Assembly (NCBI GenBank): GCA_016840425.1
Contig: JAEOSI010000009.1
Location: 1-22,922, forward strand
Direction of reading: 5' to 3'
Length of the DNA stretch: 22,922 nt
Source: Candidatus Wukongarchaeum yapensis
Lineage (GTDB): Archaea > Asgardarchaeota > Wukongarchaeia > Wukongarchaeales > Wukongarchaeaceae
The position numbers were made by a program, and so were the translations under genes. Under the pieces are notes generated by a model. The model saw only the letters and a program-made list of their open reading frames with translations, was not told the origin of the DNA and did not search any database. This document shows, in pieces, positions 8,707-16,546 of this stretch (within the stretch, counting starts at the first letter, position 1; the number at the start of each line of letters is the position of its first letter).

Positions 8707-9960
8707 ATGAAGAGGACCAACATCTTCAAGTTAAAGCCAGCAATTAAGGAGCAGGAGCAAAGACTGTTCGAGTTAGCCGATAACTGTGCAAGGATGTTTA
8801 ACGAGATAAACTATAAGCGTAGACAGTCCTTTTTCTCGCGAAACTTCGACTGGAACACCGACGAATCCTACCACAAGTATAAGAAGGTTATAGGCTCTGC
8901 TACAGCTCAACAAGTAACAAGGAAGAACAACGAGGCTTGGAAGTCTTTCTTCGCTTTGTTAAGGTTGAAAAAGCAGGGAAAACTCCCAAGGCAGATAAGA
9001 AAGGTTTCTCCTCCAGGCTACTGGAAAGACAGGAAAACGGGGAAAAGGGTTTTAATGATTCTTATAAGGTGTAACTGTTATAAGCTTTCCGAGAAGTATC
9101 TAAAACTCCCCTTCGGGCTAAAAGTTAGGTGGAAAGGAAAGAACAGGTGGGAGGGGAAAAAGCAGGGAAGGTTAGAGATACGTTACGATGACCTCTCAAG
9201 CCGATGGTATGCTTATATGCCGGTAGAGGTAGAAAGAAAACCGCTACATCAACCAACAGGAGACAAGAAAAAGAAGGCATACGTCGACTTGGGGATCATA
9301 AACATCATAACCAGTTGGATAGAAGGAGAAAAAAGACCGGGGATATATTCTGGTAGTACTGTTTTAAGCGATTGGTGGTATTGGAACGAAAAAATAGGAG
9401 AATATCAAAGCAACATGGAGAAAAACGGGAAAAGGAAAACATCAAAAAGGTTAAGAAAATTGTTTAGGAAGAGGAAGAAAAGGTTTAGACATTTGATAAA
9501 CACGATAATAGCGAGGTTTGTGAAAAACTGCTGGGAAAAAGGAGTTTCAGAAATCGTTATAGGAGACGTAAAAAACATAAGAGAGAACAGTAGAAAGAAA
9601 AAGAAAGGTAGAAAAGCTAACGCTATGATAAACAACTTCTGGTCTTTTAACTACATCTACGAAAGACTAAGAACAACGGTGGAAAACTACGGGATAAAGA
9701 TGAGGAAAAAGGAGGAGAAATACACGTCTAAAACATGTTCTCTCTGCGGGAAAGTGCACAGAAACGGTAGAAAACACAGGGGACTATACGTTTGTAAAAC
9801 GCACGGGGTAACAATGAACGCTGATGTTAACGGTGTTGCAAACATAGCTAACCCCATATTCCCGAAGCCCTACTGGCGGGATAGGGATAACTGGCTGGTG
9901 ACACAGCCATCAGTTGTGAAAGCTCTAATTTTCACAACCGTAAAACCTCCAACCCTTTAG
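8707..9960 (+). CDS. tnpB: TnpB RNA-guided endonuclease (IS605 OrfB family)
   Basis: RuvC-I VDLG, RuvC-II position IGD, E-x-YTS followed by CSLCG...CKTH zinc finger, and RuvC-III NADVNGVANI. The stop codon lies inside the right-end hairpin. Confidence 0.92.
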   Translation: MKRTNIFKLKPAIKEQEQRLFELADNCARMFNEINYKRRQSFFSRNFDWNTDESYHKYKKVIGSATAQQVTRKNNEAWKSFFALLRLKKQGKLPRQIRKVSPPGYWKDRKTGKRVLMILIRCNCYKLSEKYLKLPFGLKVRWKGKNRWEGKKQGRLEIRYDDLSSRWYAYMPVEVERKPLHQPTGDKKKKAYVDLGIINIITSWIEGEKRPGIYSGSTVLSDWWYWNEKIGEYQSNMEKNGKRKTSKRLRKLFRKRKKRFRHLINTIIARFVKNCWEKGVSEIVIGDVKNIRENSRKKKKGRKANAMINNFWSFNYIYERLRTTVENYGIKMRKKEEKYTSKTCSLCGKVHRNGRKHRGLYVCKTHGVTMNADVNGVANIANPIFPKPYWRDRDNWLVTQPSVVKALIFTTVKPPTL

Positions 9961-10084
9961 GGTGGAGAGTATGTCAGTGAATTTAAATAAGGTTTTGGTA
10001 TTTCTCGTCTTTGTAGATGTTTCCTAGTTGTTTGGTAGTAAACGTAATGATGGTGTTTTTAGAAAGCTGTTTGCTGAAGATCTT

Positions 10085-10849
10085 TTAAATGAAATGTATT
10101 TCCCTTAGTATGGCTGTGATGTCTACTAAGGCTTCTTTAGCCGTTAATGGGACGCCCTCTAGGGAAGACTTAAAGACCTCTTCATCAAACCGCACAACCC
10201 CTGCCACTTCTAATCCCATATTCCTAGCTTTTGACATTACTATGTCAGCTGTTTCCGGCGTTACCTTATTTATCACGAGCCAAAATTTCTTTTTCATTTT
10301 CGTTAATTCTTCTTTGAGGATTTTAGCTAACATAAGCGACTCAGCTGTTGGGTCAACTATTGCTAAAGCTGCATCGCATCCCTCCTCAACCCCTCGACCT
10401 AAATGCTCTAGACCAGCATCTGCATCAACGAGGATCATTTCTCTATCCTCTAACAACAGATTCTTGAGAAGAGTTTTAGCTAGAAAATTGAAAGGACAGG
10501 CGCATCCTTCCCCTAACTCTCTCACCTTACCTATGGTTACTAACTTGATGTCCTCAGGCGATGAGGATACATACTCGCTGGGCAAATTGGCTAATTTAAT
10601 GCCTTCTCCAGCTTCTATTAATGCATTTACTATGTTGACTTCTCCTCTTTTGAATATATCTTTCTTACCTCCAAGATATTCAACAAGAGGTTTCGGCGAC
10701 CCTGCACCGAGAATCTGAGGAAGCAAGGTATTAGACTCATCGGAGTCTACTACATAAACTTCATAATTTTTAGATAACACCTTGGCTATGAGAACTGTTA
10801 AAGCTGATTTCCCTGAACCGCCCTTACCGCAAATCATAACCTTCATCAA
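10085..10849 (-). CDS. cooC: CooC/AcsF-type nickel-insertion ATPase
   Basis: CGKGGSGKS, DSDES, EGCACP nickel-binding motif and DADAGLEHLGRG. Confidence 0.85.
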   Translation of the reverse strand: MMKVMICGKGGSGKSALTVLIAKVLSKNYEVYVVDSDESNTLLPQILGAGSPKPLVEYLGGKKDIFKRGEVNIVNALIEAGEGIKLANLPSEYVSSSPEDIKLVTIGKVRELGEGCACPFNFLAKTLLKNLLLEDREMILVDADAGLEHLGRGVEEGCDAALAIVDPTAESLMLAKILKEELTKMKKKFWLVINKVTPETADIVMSKARNMGLEVAGVVRFDEEVFKSSLEGVPLTAKEALVDITAILREIHFI

Positions 10850-10861
10850 AACATCACCTCT

Positions 10862-11059
10862 TCAAGCTTTAGGCTTAAGAATCATAACGGAGTTAAGCGT
10901 GTCTATTAAAGACACATCGACTTCTTCTAACGTTGCCACTTCCTCAAGTTCTATGCTCTTCAAACTAACTATGTTTCCTTCCTTGACTATAAGGGCAACA
11001 TCCCTAGCAATAAGCTTCCTGCCCGTATATTCCTCTAGATAGACCTTAAGTAGACACAT
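10862..11059 (-). CDS. cooT: CooT-family nickel-binding protein (start reassigned to the second ATG)
   Basis: 65 aa beginning Met-Cys (MCLLKVYL), the CooT hallmark; ends 12 bp upstream of cooC. Confidence 0.7.
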   Translation of the reverse strand: MCLLKVYLEEYTGRKLIARDVALIVKEGNIVSLKSIELEEVATLEEVDVSLIDTLNSVMILKPKA

Positions 11060-11508
11060 TTGTTTTCCCATTTGATAGAAGAGCTACTCCAATAAATTTT
11101 TTTTCCATTGAGACTTGTCGTAATTTTTCAATCAATTGCTAGAGTATTACCTAAGCTAATACTTTTTCGCCCAACTTTACATCTAACTCAACAAAAGGAT
11201 TTAAATGAAAGCTTACCCCAATTTTATCCTCATGTAGCAAGAAGACCCTTCCGCAACACTCTACCCACATATTAACTGTTTTTTTGTTTTTTAGCCGTTT
11301 TGGGAAAAGTTAAGTAAGTTAAACCTAGTGTAAAAACTGTTTTGTTTTTAGGTTTTTGTTTTCTTTTTTGCAGGTTGATTTTCCTTGATGTTTTTCGTTG
11401 TTTTAGGTTTTGCTTTCCTTCTACAGCTGTTAGTTAATCATACGGCTTCTCTATTCCCGGCTTCTCATCGAAAATCTTATTGCGATTGTAATTTATTATA
11501 GTGTATCT

Positions 11509-11533
11509 TCACAATGGGTTTAGCAAATTGTGA
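11509..11533. promoter_or_regulatory. 7-11-7 inverted repeat (TCACAAT-N11-ATTGTGA) upstream of the TATA-like box of mtaA
   Basis: Perfect 7-bp arms about 20 bp upstream of TTTTATAA (~11554-11561) and about 60 bp before the ATG. Confidence 0.35.
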
Positions 11534-11595
11534 GAAACCTAAGAGCTAAATATTTTTATAATGGATTTAACTAGGAGAGAATAGGATGTGTAAAC

Positions 11596-12624
11596 ATGGT
11601 TGAAATGACGCCTAGAAGAAGGGTTCTTGCTGCGTTAATGGGAGGTAAAGTTGACAGGGTGCCGGCAACCTGTATCGGTGGTTGCGGTGGATCTGTTTGT
11701 GTGGAAATACAAGAGGCTGTGGGAATCTATTGGCCAGAAGCCCATAGGGATGCCGAAAAGATGGCTAAGCTCTCATCAGCGGCTCAGAAATTGACAGGAC
11801 TTGAGAATTTAAGGGCTCCTTATGACTTCGCTATTATGCCCGAAGCTTTAGGCTGTAAAACTGAATATCGGGATAAGCCTGAGGCTAAGCCCGGGGTTAG
11901 AGAGCACCCGTTTAAAAAACCTGAAGACTTAAGCATGCCGGATGATTTCCTCGAGAAAGGTAGAATACCTGCCGTGCTGGAAGCTCTCAGCCTATTAAAG
12001 GAGGAATCAGACGATTTCCTGCCTGTTTCAAGTTTTGCCCTCGGACCTTTCTCACTTGCAGGACAATTGACAAAACCAGAGGATCTCATAATGTGGACAG
12101 TGACTAAGCCTGACTATGTTGAAGAGTTTGTGAAGTTTTCTACAGAGGTTGTTATTGAGTATGCTAACGCACAGTATCGGGCTGGTTCGGACGTGATAAC
12201 TATCGGCGAGCCTTTAGGGGCGCCAGATATAGCGGGTCCTGATGCTTTTAGGAAGTTTGTTAAGCCGGCTTTAATTAAACTGGCTAATAACTTGCAAGGG
12301 ATAAAGATTTTTCACCCTTGTGGAGATTGGAACCGGTTCGTTTCTGACGTTATTGAGACCGGTTTTGACGGTATAAGTACCAGAGAAGAAATTGATATTA
12401 TGCGCGTTAAACCTCAACTGGGCGATATTAGGATTTTAGGCAATATTTCCTCTAAGGGAGTGCTGACTTTCGGTTCTCCTGAGGAAGTAAAGACCGAGGC
12501 AAGAAAAGCTTTAAAACTAGGTGTAGACCTGCTTGAGCCAGCTTGCGGGGTTGAGCCCTTAATGCCCCTCAAAAACATAAAAGCTCTCGTCGAGGTAGCT
12601 AGAGAGTCTAAAAAGGAAGAATAA
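11596..12624 (+). CDS. mtaA: MtaA/CmuA-family methylcobamide methyltransferase (UroD fold)
   Basis: MTPRRRVLAALMGGKVDRVP start, EALGC, GRIPAVLEA, zinc ligands H-P-C and PACG, and LGNIS. The methyl acceptor is not determinable. Confidence 0.8.
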   Translation: MVEMTPRRRVLAALMGGKVDRVPATCIGGCGGSVCVEIQEAVGIYWPEAHRDAEKMAKLSSAAQKLTGLENLRAPYDFAIMPEALGCKTEYRDKPEAKPGVREHPFKKPEDLSMPDDFLEKGRIPAVLEALSLLKEESDDFLPVSSFALGPFSLAGQLTKPEDLIMWTVTKPDYVEEFVKFSTEVVIEYANAQYRAGSDVITIGEPLGAPDIAGPDAFRKFVKPALIKLANNLQGIKIFHPCGDWNRFVSDVIETGFDGISTREEIDIMRVKPQLGDIRILGNISSKGVLTFGSPEEVKTEARKALKLGVDLLEPACGVEPLMPLKNIKALVEVARESKKEE

Positions 12625-12642
12625 TCCCAATTCTCACATTAA

Positions 12643-12757
12643 AATCGCAGAAAGCCAACGGCTTTAGTCTTTGGATGAATGCGATAAACTAATACACGGT
12701 TAGTAGTATATAAACATCGCTGCCACGCCGAGTAATTAGTGTCTGAGGCACAATTAC
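12643..12757 (+). mobile_element. Solo IS200/IS605 left-end-like scar with TATA box and downstream hairpin
   Basis: TCGCAGAAAG-CCAACGGCTTTAGTCTTTGG-ATGAAT parallels TCGCTAAGAAAG-hairpin-GATGAAT at the 8449 left end. TATATAAA at 12707-12714. No transposase follows. Confidence 0.6.
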
Positions 12758-12860
12758 GGATAGATGACCAGACCCATGCCTAATTTTTTGATATAATTTA
12801 TCTAACTTTTGATTTTTTTATATAACCTATCTTATTTTTTTATTTAAGGAGGTTTTAGGT

Positions 12861-13235
12861 TTAAAATGGGTGTTCGGCTTCTTTACAGGGCTCTTCTAAG
12901 GGCGTGGTTTCATTTTTCAGGAATTCGTTTATGGCTTCTTTTAGGGTTTGTGACTTGCATGTTAATACTTTTATTCCGTGGCTTTTAATCATATTTATTC
13001 CTCGGGGTCCCATATTTTTAACAATTAATGCATTTGCCCCGCTTTCAGCAATGATGATTGCTGGCCGTCCTCGACCTCCGAAGTGTTGACCTTTGTTCTC
13101 CATATAGGTGATTTTTTCGACTTTTCCTTCATCAGATATCTCCACACTAGCGAAGAAGGGAGCTTTTCCAATATGGGGGAATATTCTGGCATTATCGCTA
13201 TCTTTTCCATCTACTGGTATTACTATTTTTACCAT
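12861..13235 (-). CDS. NifB/NifX-family (MTH1175-like) cofactor-binding protein
   Basis: KIVIPV...PHIGKAPFF (H.G.A..F) and IVKNMGPRG...GIKV signature; 124 aa. Confidence 0.8.
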   Translation of the reverse strand: MVKIVIPVDGKDSDNARIFPHIGKAPFFASVEISDEGKVEKITYMENKGQHFGGRGRPAIIIAESGANALIVKNMGPRGINMIKSHGIKVLTCKSQTLKEAINEFLKNETTPLEEPCKEAEHPF

Positions 13236-13265
13236 TATTTCTCATCTCACTTGTCTTATTTTTTG

Positions 13266-13320
13266 GTTTATTTTTAAACGTAATTAAATAGAGTTTTGTT
13301 TATTTTTAAACGTAATTAAA
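13266..13320. repeat. Perfect 23-bp direct repeat, two copies, 32-bp period
   Basis: GTTTATTTTTAAACGTAATTAAA at 13266-13288 and 13298-13320. Confidence 0.9.
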
Positions 13321-13332
13321 AATGTTTGATTT

Positions 13333-13665
13333 TTAGAGGAGCATGCTATGGCACATAAACCACAACCCCCCACAAGGCTCTTCAAAAAACATTATGGTTT
13401 TTGGAAGTAGCGCAATAGCATTATATTGACAGAGATTTGCGCATTTTCCACAAAAGTTGCACCTATATTCATCAAAAACAGGGGTTGGAATAGTTATATC
13501 TTCTACAATTTTTAGGGGTATGTTGAGAAATAAGTGACCGTTTGGCTCCTCTAAGTCACAGTCTATAAGCTGTACCTCTCTTTCATCTGCAAGGGAAAGA
13601 GCAAGATTTACAGCTATAGTAGTTTTTCCTGTTCCTCCTTTTCCGCTAGCTATGGCTATCTTCAC
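13333..13665 (-). pseudogene. Truncated MinD-type P-loop ATPase with inserted ferredoxin domain (COG1149-like)
   Basis: SGKGGTGKTT, DCDLEEPN and CNFCGKCANLC motifs. An extra G in the G6 run (13366-13371) breaks CGGCGLCAIAC, and homology ends right after, so the C-terminal half is missing. Confidence 0.8.
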
Positions 13666-13976
13666 AAAAAATCCCTAAAAAATCTAAAAAAAACTCCATA
13701 CCAAAAATTAAACGATATTTATTTGAATTTACCAAGGACCACCAATTAAACTCATCTTAAACGTTTTAATTTTAGATGTGAGCCGAAAATCCCTTAAAAA
13801 GTATGAGGAAATTACGGTATTTGATGCTGAGAGATGATGAGAAAGAATGAGCAAAAAGTTCGCTTATACTGACCAAATGGGAGATAAGGCAAAGTTCGTA
13901 TATCCTCCTAAATAGGAACAAAAAGCGGAATTTGTATATACCGAGTTAGACGTAAAGTTATTTTGAGGGTTAATAC

Positions 13977-14528
13977 ATGAAAGTTGTGTATATTTCGGGA
14001 AGTCCTAGGAAAAAGAGTAATACAGATTATCTTTTAAAACTTACATTGTCCATAACTGGTGGGCAATTTGTAAAACTTACAGATTATCAAATAGAACCTT
14101 GTAAATCTTGTTGGGCATGTCAAAAGTTAGGTGAATGTGTGATTGATGATGAGATGAGTAATGTTCTTATACCAATGCTCCTCGAGAGTGATGGAATTGT
14201 TTTAGGCAGTCCGGTTTATTTCAATAACGTATCTGCTCAGCTCAAAGCTTTTATTGATCGTACATGGTGTATTAGAGGTAAACTTGAAAATAAGATCGGT
14301 GGTGCCATTGTGGTTGGTCGAAGATATGGTTTGGAAAGTGCTATTGGTGCTATTAATTCTTTGTTTCTTAAACATGAGATGATTCCAGCGAATAGAGGAG
14401 TTTGTGGCATAGCTTTTCTGAAAGAAGAAATAATACAAGATTCCGAAGCCATAGGATCGGCAAAGAAACTCGGTGAGCGTATACTGGAGCTTTGGGGTAT
14501 GTTGAAATATAACAATACACAAAAATAA
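13977..14528 (+). CDS. Iron-sulfur flavoprotein (Isf) / multimeric flavodoxin family
   Basis: GSPRKKSNT FMN loop, CKSCWACQKLGEC (CX2CX2CX5C) and GSPVYF...SAQLKAFIDR. Confidence 0.85.
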   Translation: MKVVYISGSPRKKSNTDYLLKLTLSITGGQFVKLTDYQIEPCKSCWACQKLGECVIDDEMSNVLIPMLLESDGIVLGSPVYFNNVSAQLKAFIDRTWCIRGKLENKIGGAIVVGRRYGLESAIGAINSLFLKHEMIPANRGVCGIAFLKEEIIQDSEAIGSAKKLGERILELWGMLKYNNTQK

Positions 14529-14539
14529 TAATGCAATTC

Positions 14540-14621
14540 GCCTAACATAGCACATACGCTTTGGCTACGCCTTGCTCTTCGAGAGAGGGTCGGAATTATA
14601 TGCAATAAGGGGGCCTTAGCG
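14540..14621. repeat. Degenerate attC-like palindromic element after the Isf gene
   Basis: GCCTAAC (RYYYAAC) 11 bp after the stop codon, GCACATA/TATATGC near-complementary boxes and an internal CTCT-TCG-AGAG hairpin. There is only a poor R-prime box (CTTAGCG). Confidence 0.3.
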
Positions 14622-14726
14622 CAAGCTTTAGAGATCCTTAAAAACCGCCTTAAAACAAGGGTAACACCTAAAAATCTCAACGTTCTGAATTCACCGCTTA
14701 AGAAAATAGGGTTTGTGACCGCATAC

Positions 14727-14810
14727 GACCAAAACGAAAACTAAGGGTTTTATGAGGAGAGACCGAGAGACTATTCGGGTGACTACGAGAGAACCTACCA
14801 CTAAAATCAT
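14727..14810. repeat. Second copy of the dispersed element seen at 6673-6873
   Basis: Shares GACCAAAAC, TTTTATGAGGAGAGACCG, GACTACG, AGAACCT and AAAATCAT in the same order. Confidence 0.7.
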
Positions 14811-15484
14811 ACCACTAACTTGCCGGTACCCCCACAAAACCTCGTCACATAATCAATAGTTATTTTCCCAGCTTTTTCCAGCGTTTTTTCATCTATGCCC
14901 GGTACACCGCATAATAGAAACAGGACATTTTTTGTCCCCATTATTATTTTTGTATTGTCCGCGTCTCTATACGGATAGACGGCTACGAGTTTTTCATCGT
15001 CTGAGATCACGATCTCGTTTCCTTTTAAAACCAAAGGGCTTTTCATACCTATCCCTAAGAAATTTTCTCCCTCATTTGCAAGTCGCATAAAAAGATTTCC
15101 TTTAACCTTGTCGAGGTCAAGGGCTGCTATAGAGATTTCAGAGGTGATTGATGCAAGATTGTAAGCATCAACTAAACTGTTGATTTTTGGAATGGGATTT
15201 CCCCTTAAAATGCGTCTTATTAAAGCTTCAGCAGCTGGCCTGATTTTTGTAGGATCTATTCCTACACGCCAAAAGAAGTCACGATAGGCCCTTAAAACAG
15301 GGATATCCTTTAAAGTTTCGAGGCTATATTTTTCTTTAACAGTTTTTATTAGTTCTTTTTTGAACTCTTCAAGTTCTGGCTTCTTTTTTTCGACGTTTAC
15401 CCCGTTTATATGGCCTACTAAGACGTTTAGACCTGGAAACTTGGCCCTCAACTCTTGATCTATTAAAATCATTTTATTATCCAC
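14807..15484 (-). CDS. Stand-alone B3/B4 (PheRS beta editing-like) domain protein
   Basis: RAYRDFFWRVGIDPTKIRPAAEALIRR, PKINSLVDAYN and DDEKLVAVYPYRD motifs. Confidence 0.85.
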   Translation of the reverse strand: MDNKMILIDQELRAKFPGLNVLVGHINGVNVEKKKPELEEFKKELIKTVKEKYSLETLKDIPVLRAYRDFFWRVGIDPTKIRPAAEALIRRILRGNPIPKINSLVDAYNLASITSEISIAALDLDKVKGNLFMRLANEGENFLGIGMKSPLVLKGNEIVISDDEKLVAVYPYRDADNTKIIMGTKNVLFLLCGVPGIDEKTLEKAGKITIDYVTRFCGGTGKLVV

Positions 15485-15520
15485 ATCCTTTTCTTTTTAA
15501 TAAGGGGCTTAATTGGAGGG

Positions 15521-16144
15521 CTATGTTGTTTCTATTAGTTTTTCTATTTGCTTTTCAATTTCTTCCTTTTGCGGTATTGCACTTTTTGACTCTATTTTTA
15601 GGGGGTTTCCTTTTTTGAAATAGAGTAGGATAGGGGTACTGGTAATACCGTATTCTTCCCAAGTGTTCGTGGACGTTATGTCCATTTGATAAAAACGGAC
15701 TTGGTCTTTAAACCTTTCTTCAACATCTTTTAAATCTTTCTCCAATCTTTTACAGGAAGGACAGTTTTTGGACATAAAAATTAGGGCTACTGGTTTGTTT
15801 GATTTCAAAACTAAAGCTTCAAATTCGTGGTCATTTATCGTTCTTATAAAAGCTTCTCCTTCCTCTTTTTTCGGTTTTATTTTGAATATTTTTAATATTT
15901 TGTCAAAGATGCTTTCATACTTTTTGTATGATATACGGTATCCTAGGTCTTCGATCTTCTTCTCAAGGTCGGGTACGTCGATTTTTTCTGGGTCATATGT
16001 CACTACAACTTTACGTATTAGGAGGTTTATGCGGACATCTTTAACGCCTTCCAGCTTCTTCATCTCTTTTTCTATAGTTAGAGCGCAAGAAGCACAATCC
16101 ATTCGATCAATAGGTATGGTCTTTCTCAAGTAATTTTCCGACAT
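15521..16144 (-). CDS. HMA (CopZ-like) domain fused to a thioredoxin domain
   Basis: N-terminal MDCASC with LEGV...DLGY HMA pattern. C-terminal CPSC with cis-Pro loop ITSTP and FKKG. Confidence 0.8.
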   Translation of the reverse strand: MSENYLRKTIPIDRMDCASCALTIEKEMKKLEGVKDVRINLLIRKVVVTYDPEKIDVPDLEKKIEDLGYRISYKKYESIFDKILKIFKIKPKKEEGEAFIRTINDHEFEALVLKSNKPVALIFMSKNCPSCKRLEKDLKDVEERFKDQVRFYQMDITSTNTWEEYGITSTPILLYFKKGNPLKIESKSAIPQKEEIEKQIEKLIETT

Positions 16145-16316
16145 GAAACCATCTCTTCTTCATTTTGCAGTTTGAACTAACTAAAAAACGAACATAAAAA
16201 TATAGGAAAGGGGTTTGATTTGATTTTCGCTCTCTTTTGTTAATCAGGTATGGTTTAATGCCAAAGATGTTACTACAGTACTTTGATGTTTTTTGGGATG
16301 TTTGGCGTTTTCTTTC

Positions 16317-16460
16317 TTATTTTAAGTATTTTTCAGGGTTTTTCTCGAATTTTTCCTTACATGCTTGACAGCAGAAATAGTAGGTTTCTCTTTCATATTC
16401 TGTTTTATAAGGTGTTTTTTTCTCATCCACTTCCATTCCACAAACAAGGTCTTTTGCCAA
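16317..16460 (-). CDS. Stand-alone YHS/TRASH metal-binding protein, 47 aa (not in the ORF track)
   Basis: TTG start after a GGGTGA ribosome-binding site. Translation MAKDLVCGMEVDEKKTPYKTEYERETYYFCCQACKEKFEKNPEKYLK. Confidence 0.9.
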   Translation of the reverse strand: MAKDLVCGMEVDEKKTPYKTEYERETYYFCCQACKEKFEKNPEKYLK

Positions 16461-16546
16461 CTATTATCACCCTAGTAAAACTTTATTGGCAGTTAATCTT
16501 TTTTATAAATAAAGCCTTCCTTATCTTAAAATCAAGATCTGACAAA

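Larger units (their letters stand above)
8449..9977 (+). mobile_element. Non-autonomous IS200/IS605-family element (tnpA stub plus tnpB)
   Basis: Left end: TTAC (8445-8448), then AAAG (8463-8466) at the foot of a hairpin (8467-8487). Right end: hairpin CTCCAACCCTTTAGGGTGGAG (9947-9967), then AGTATG-TCAG ending at 9977. This layout matches the known IS608 ends. Confidence 0.85.

Noticed and set aside
11151-11270. 39-aa minus-strand ORF MWVECCGR...VELDVKLGEKVLA upstream of cooT, weakly TOBE-like
   Set aside because: Too short and the resemblance is too weak to support a call; worth a tBLASTn at most.
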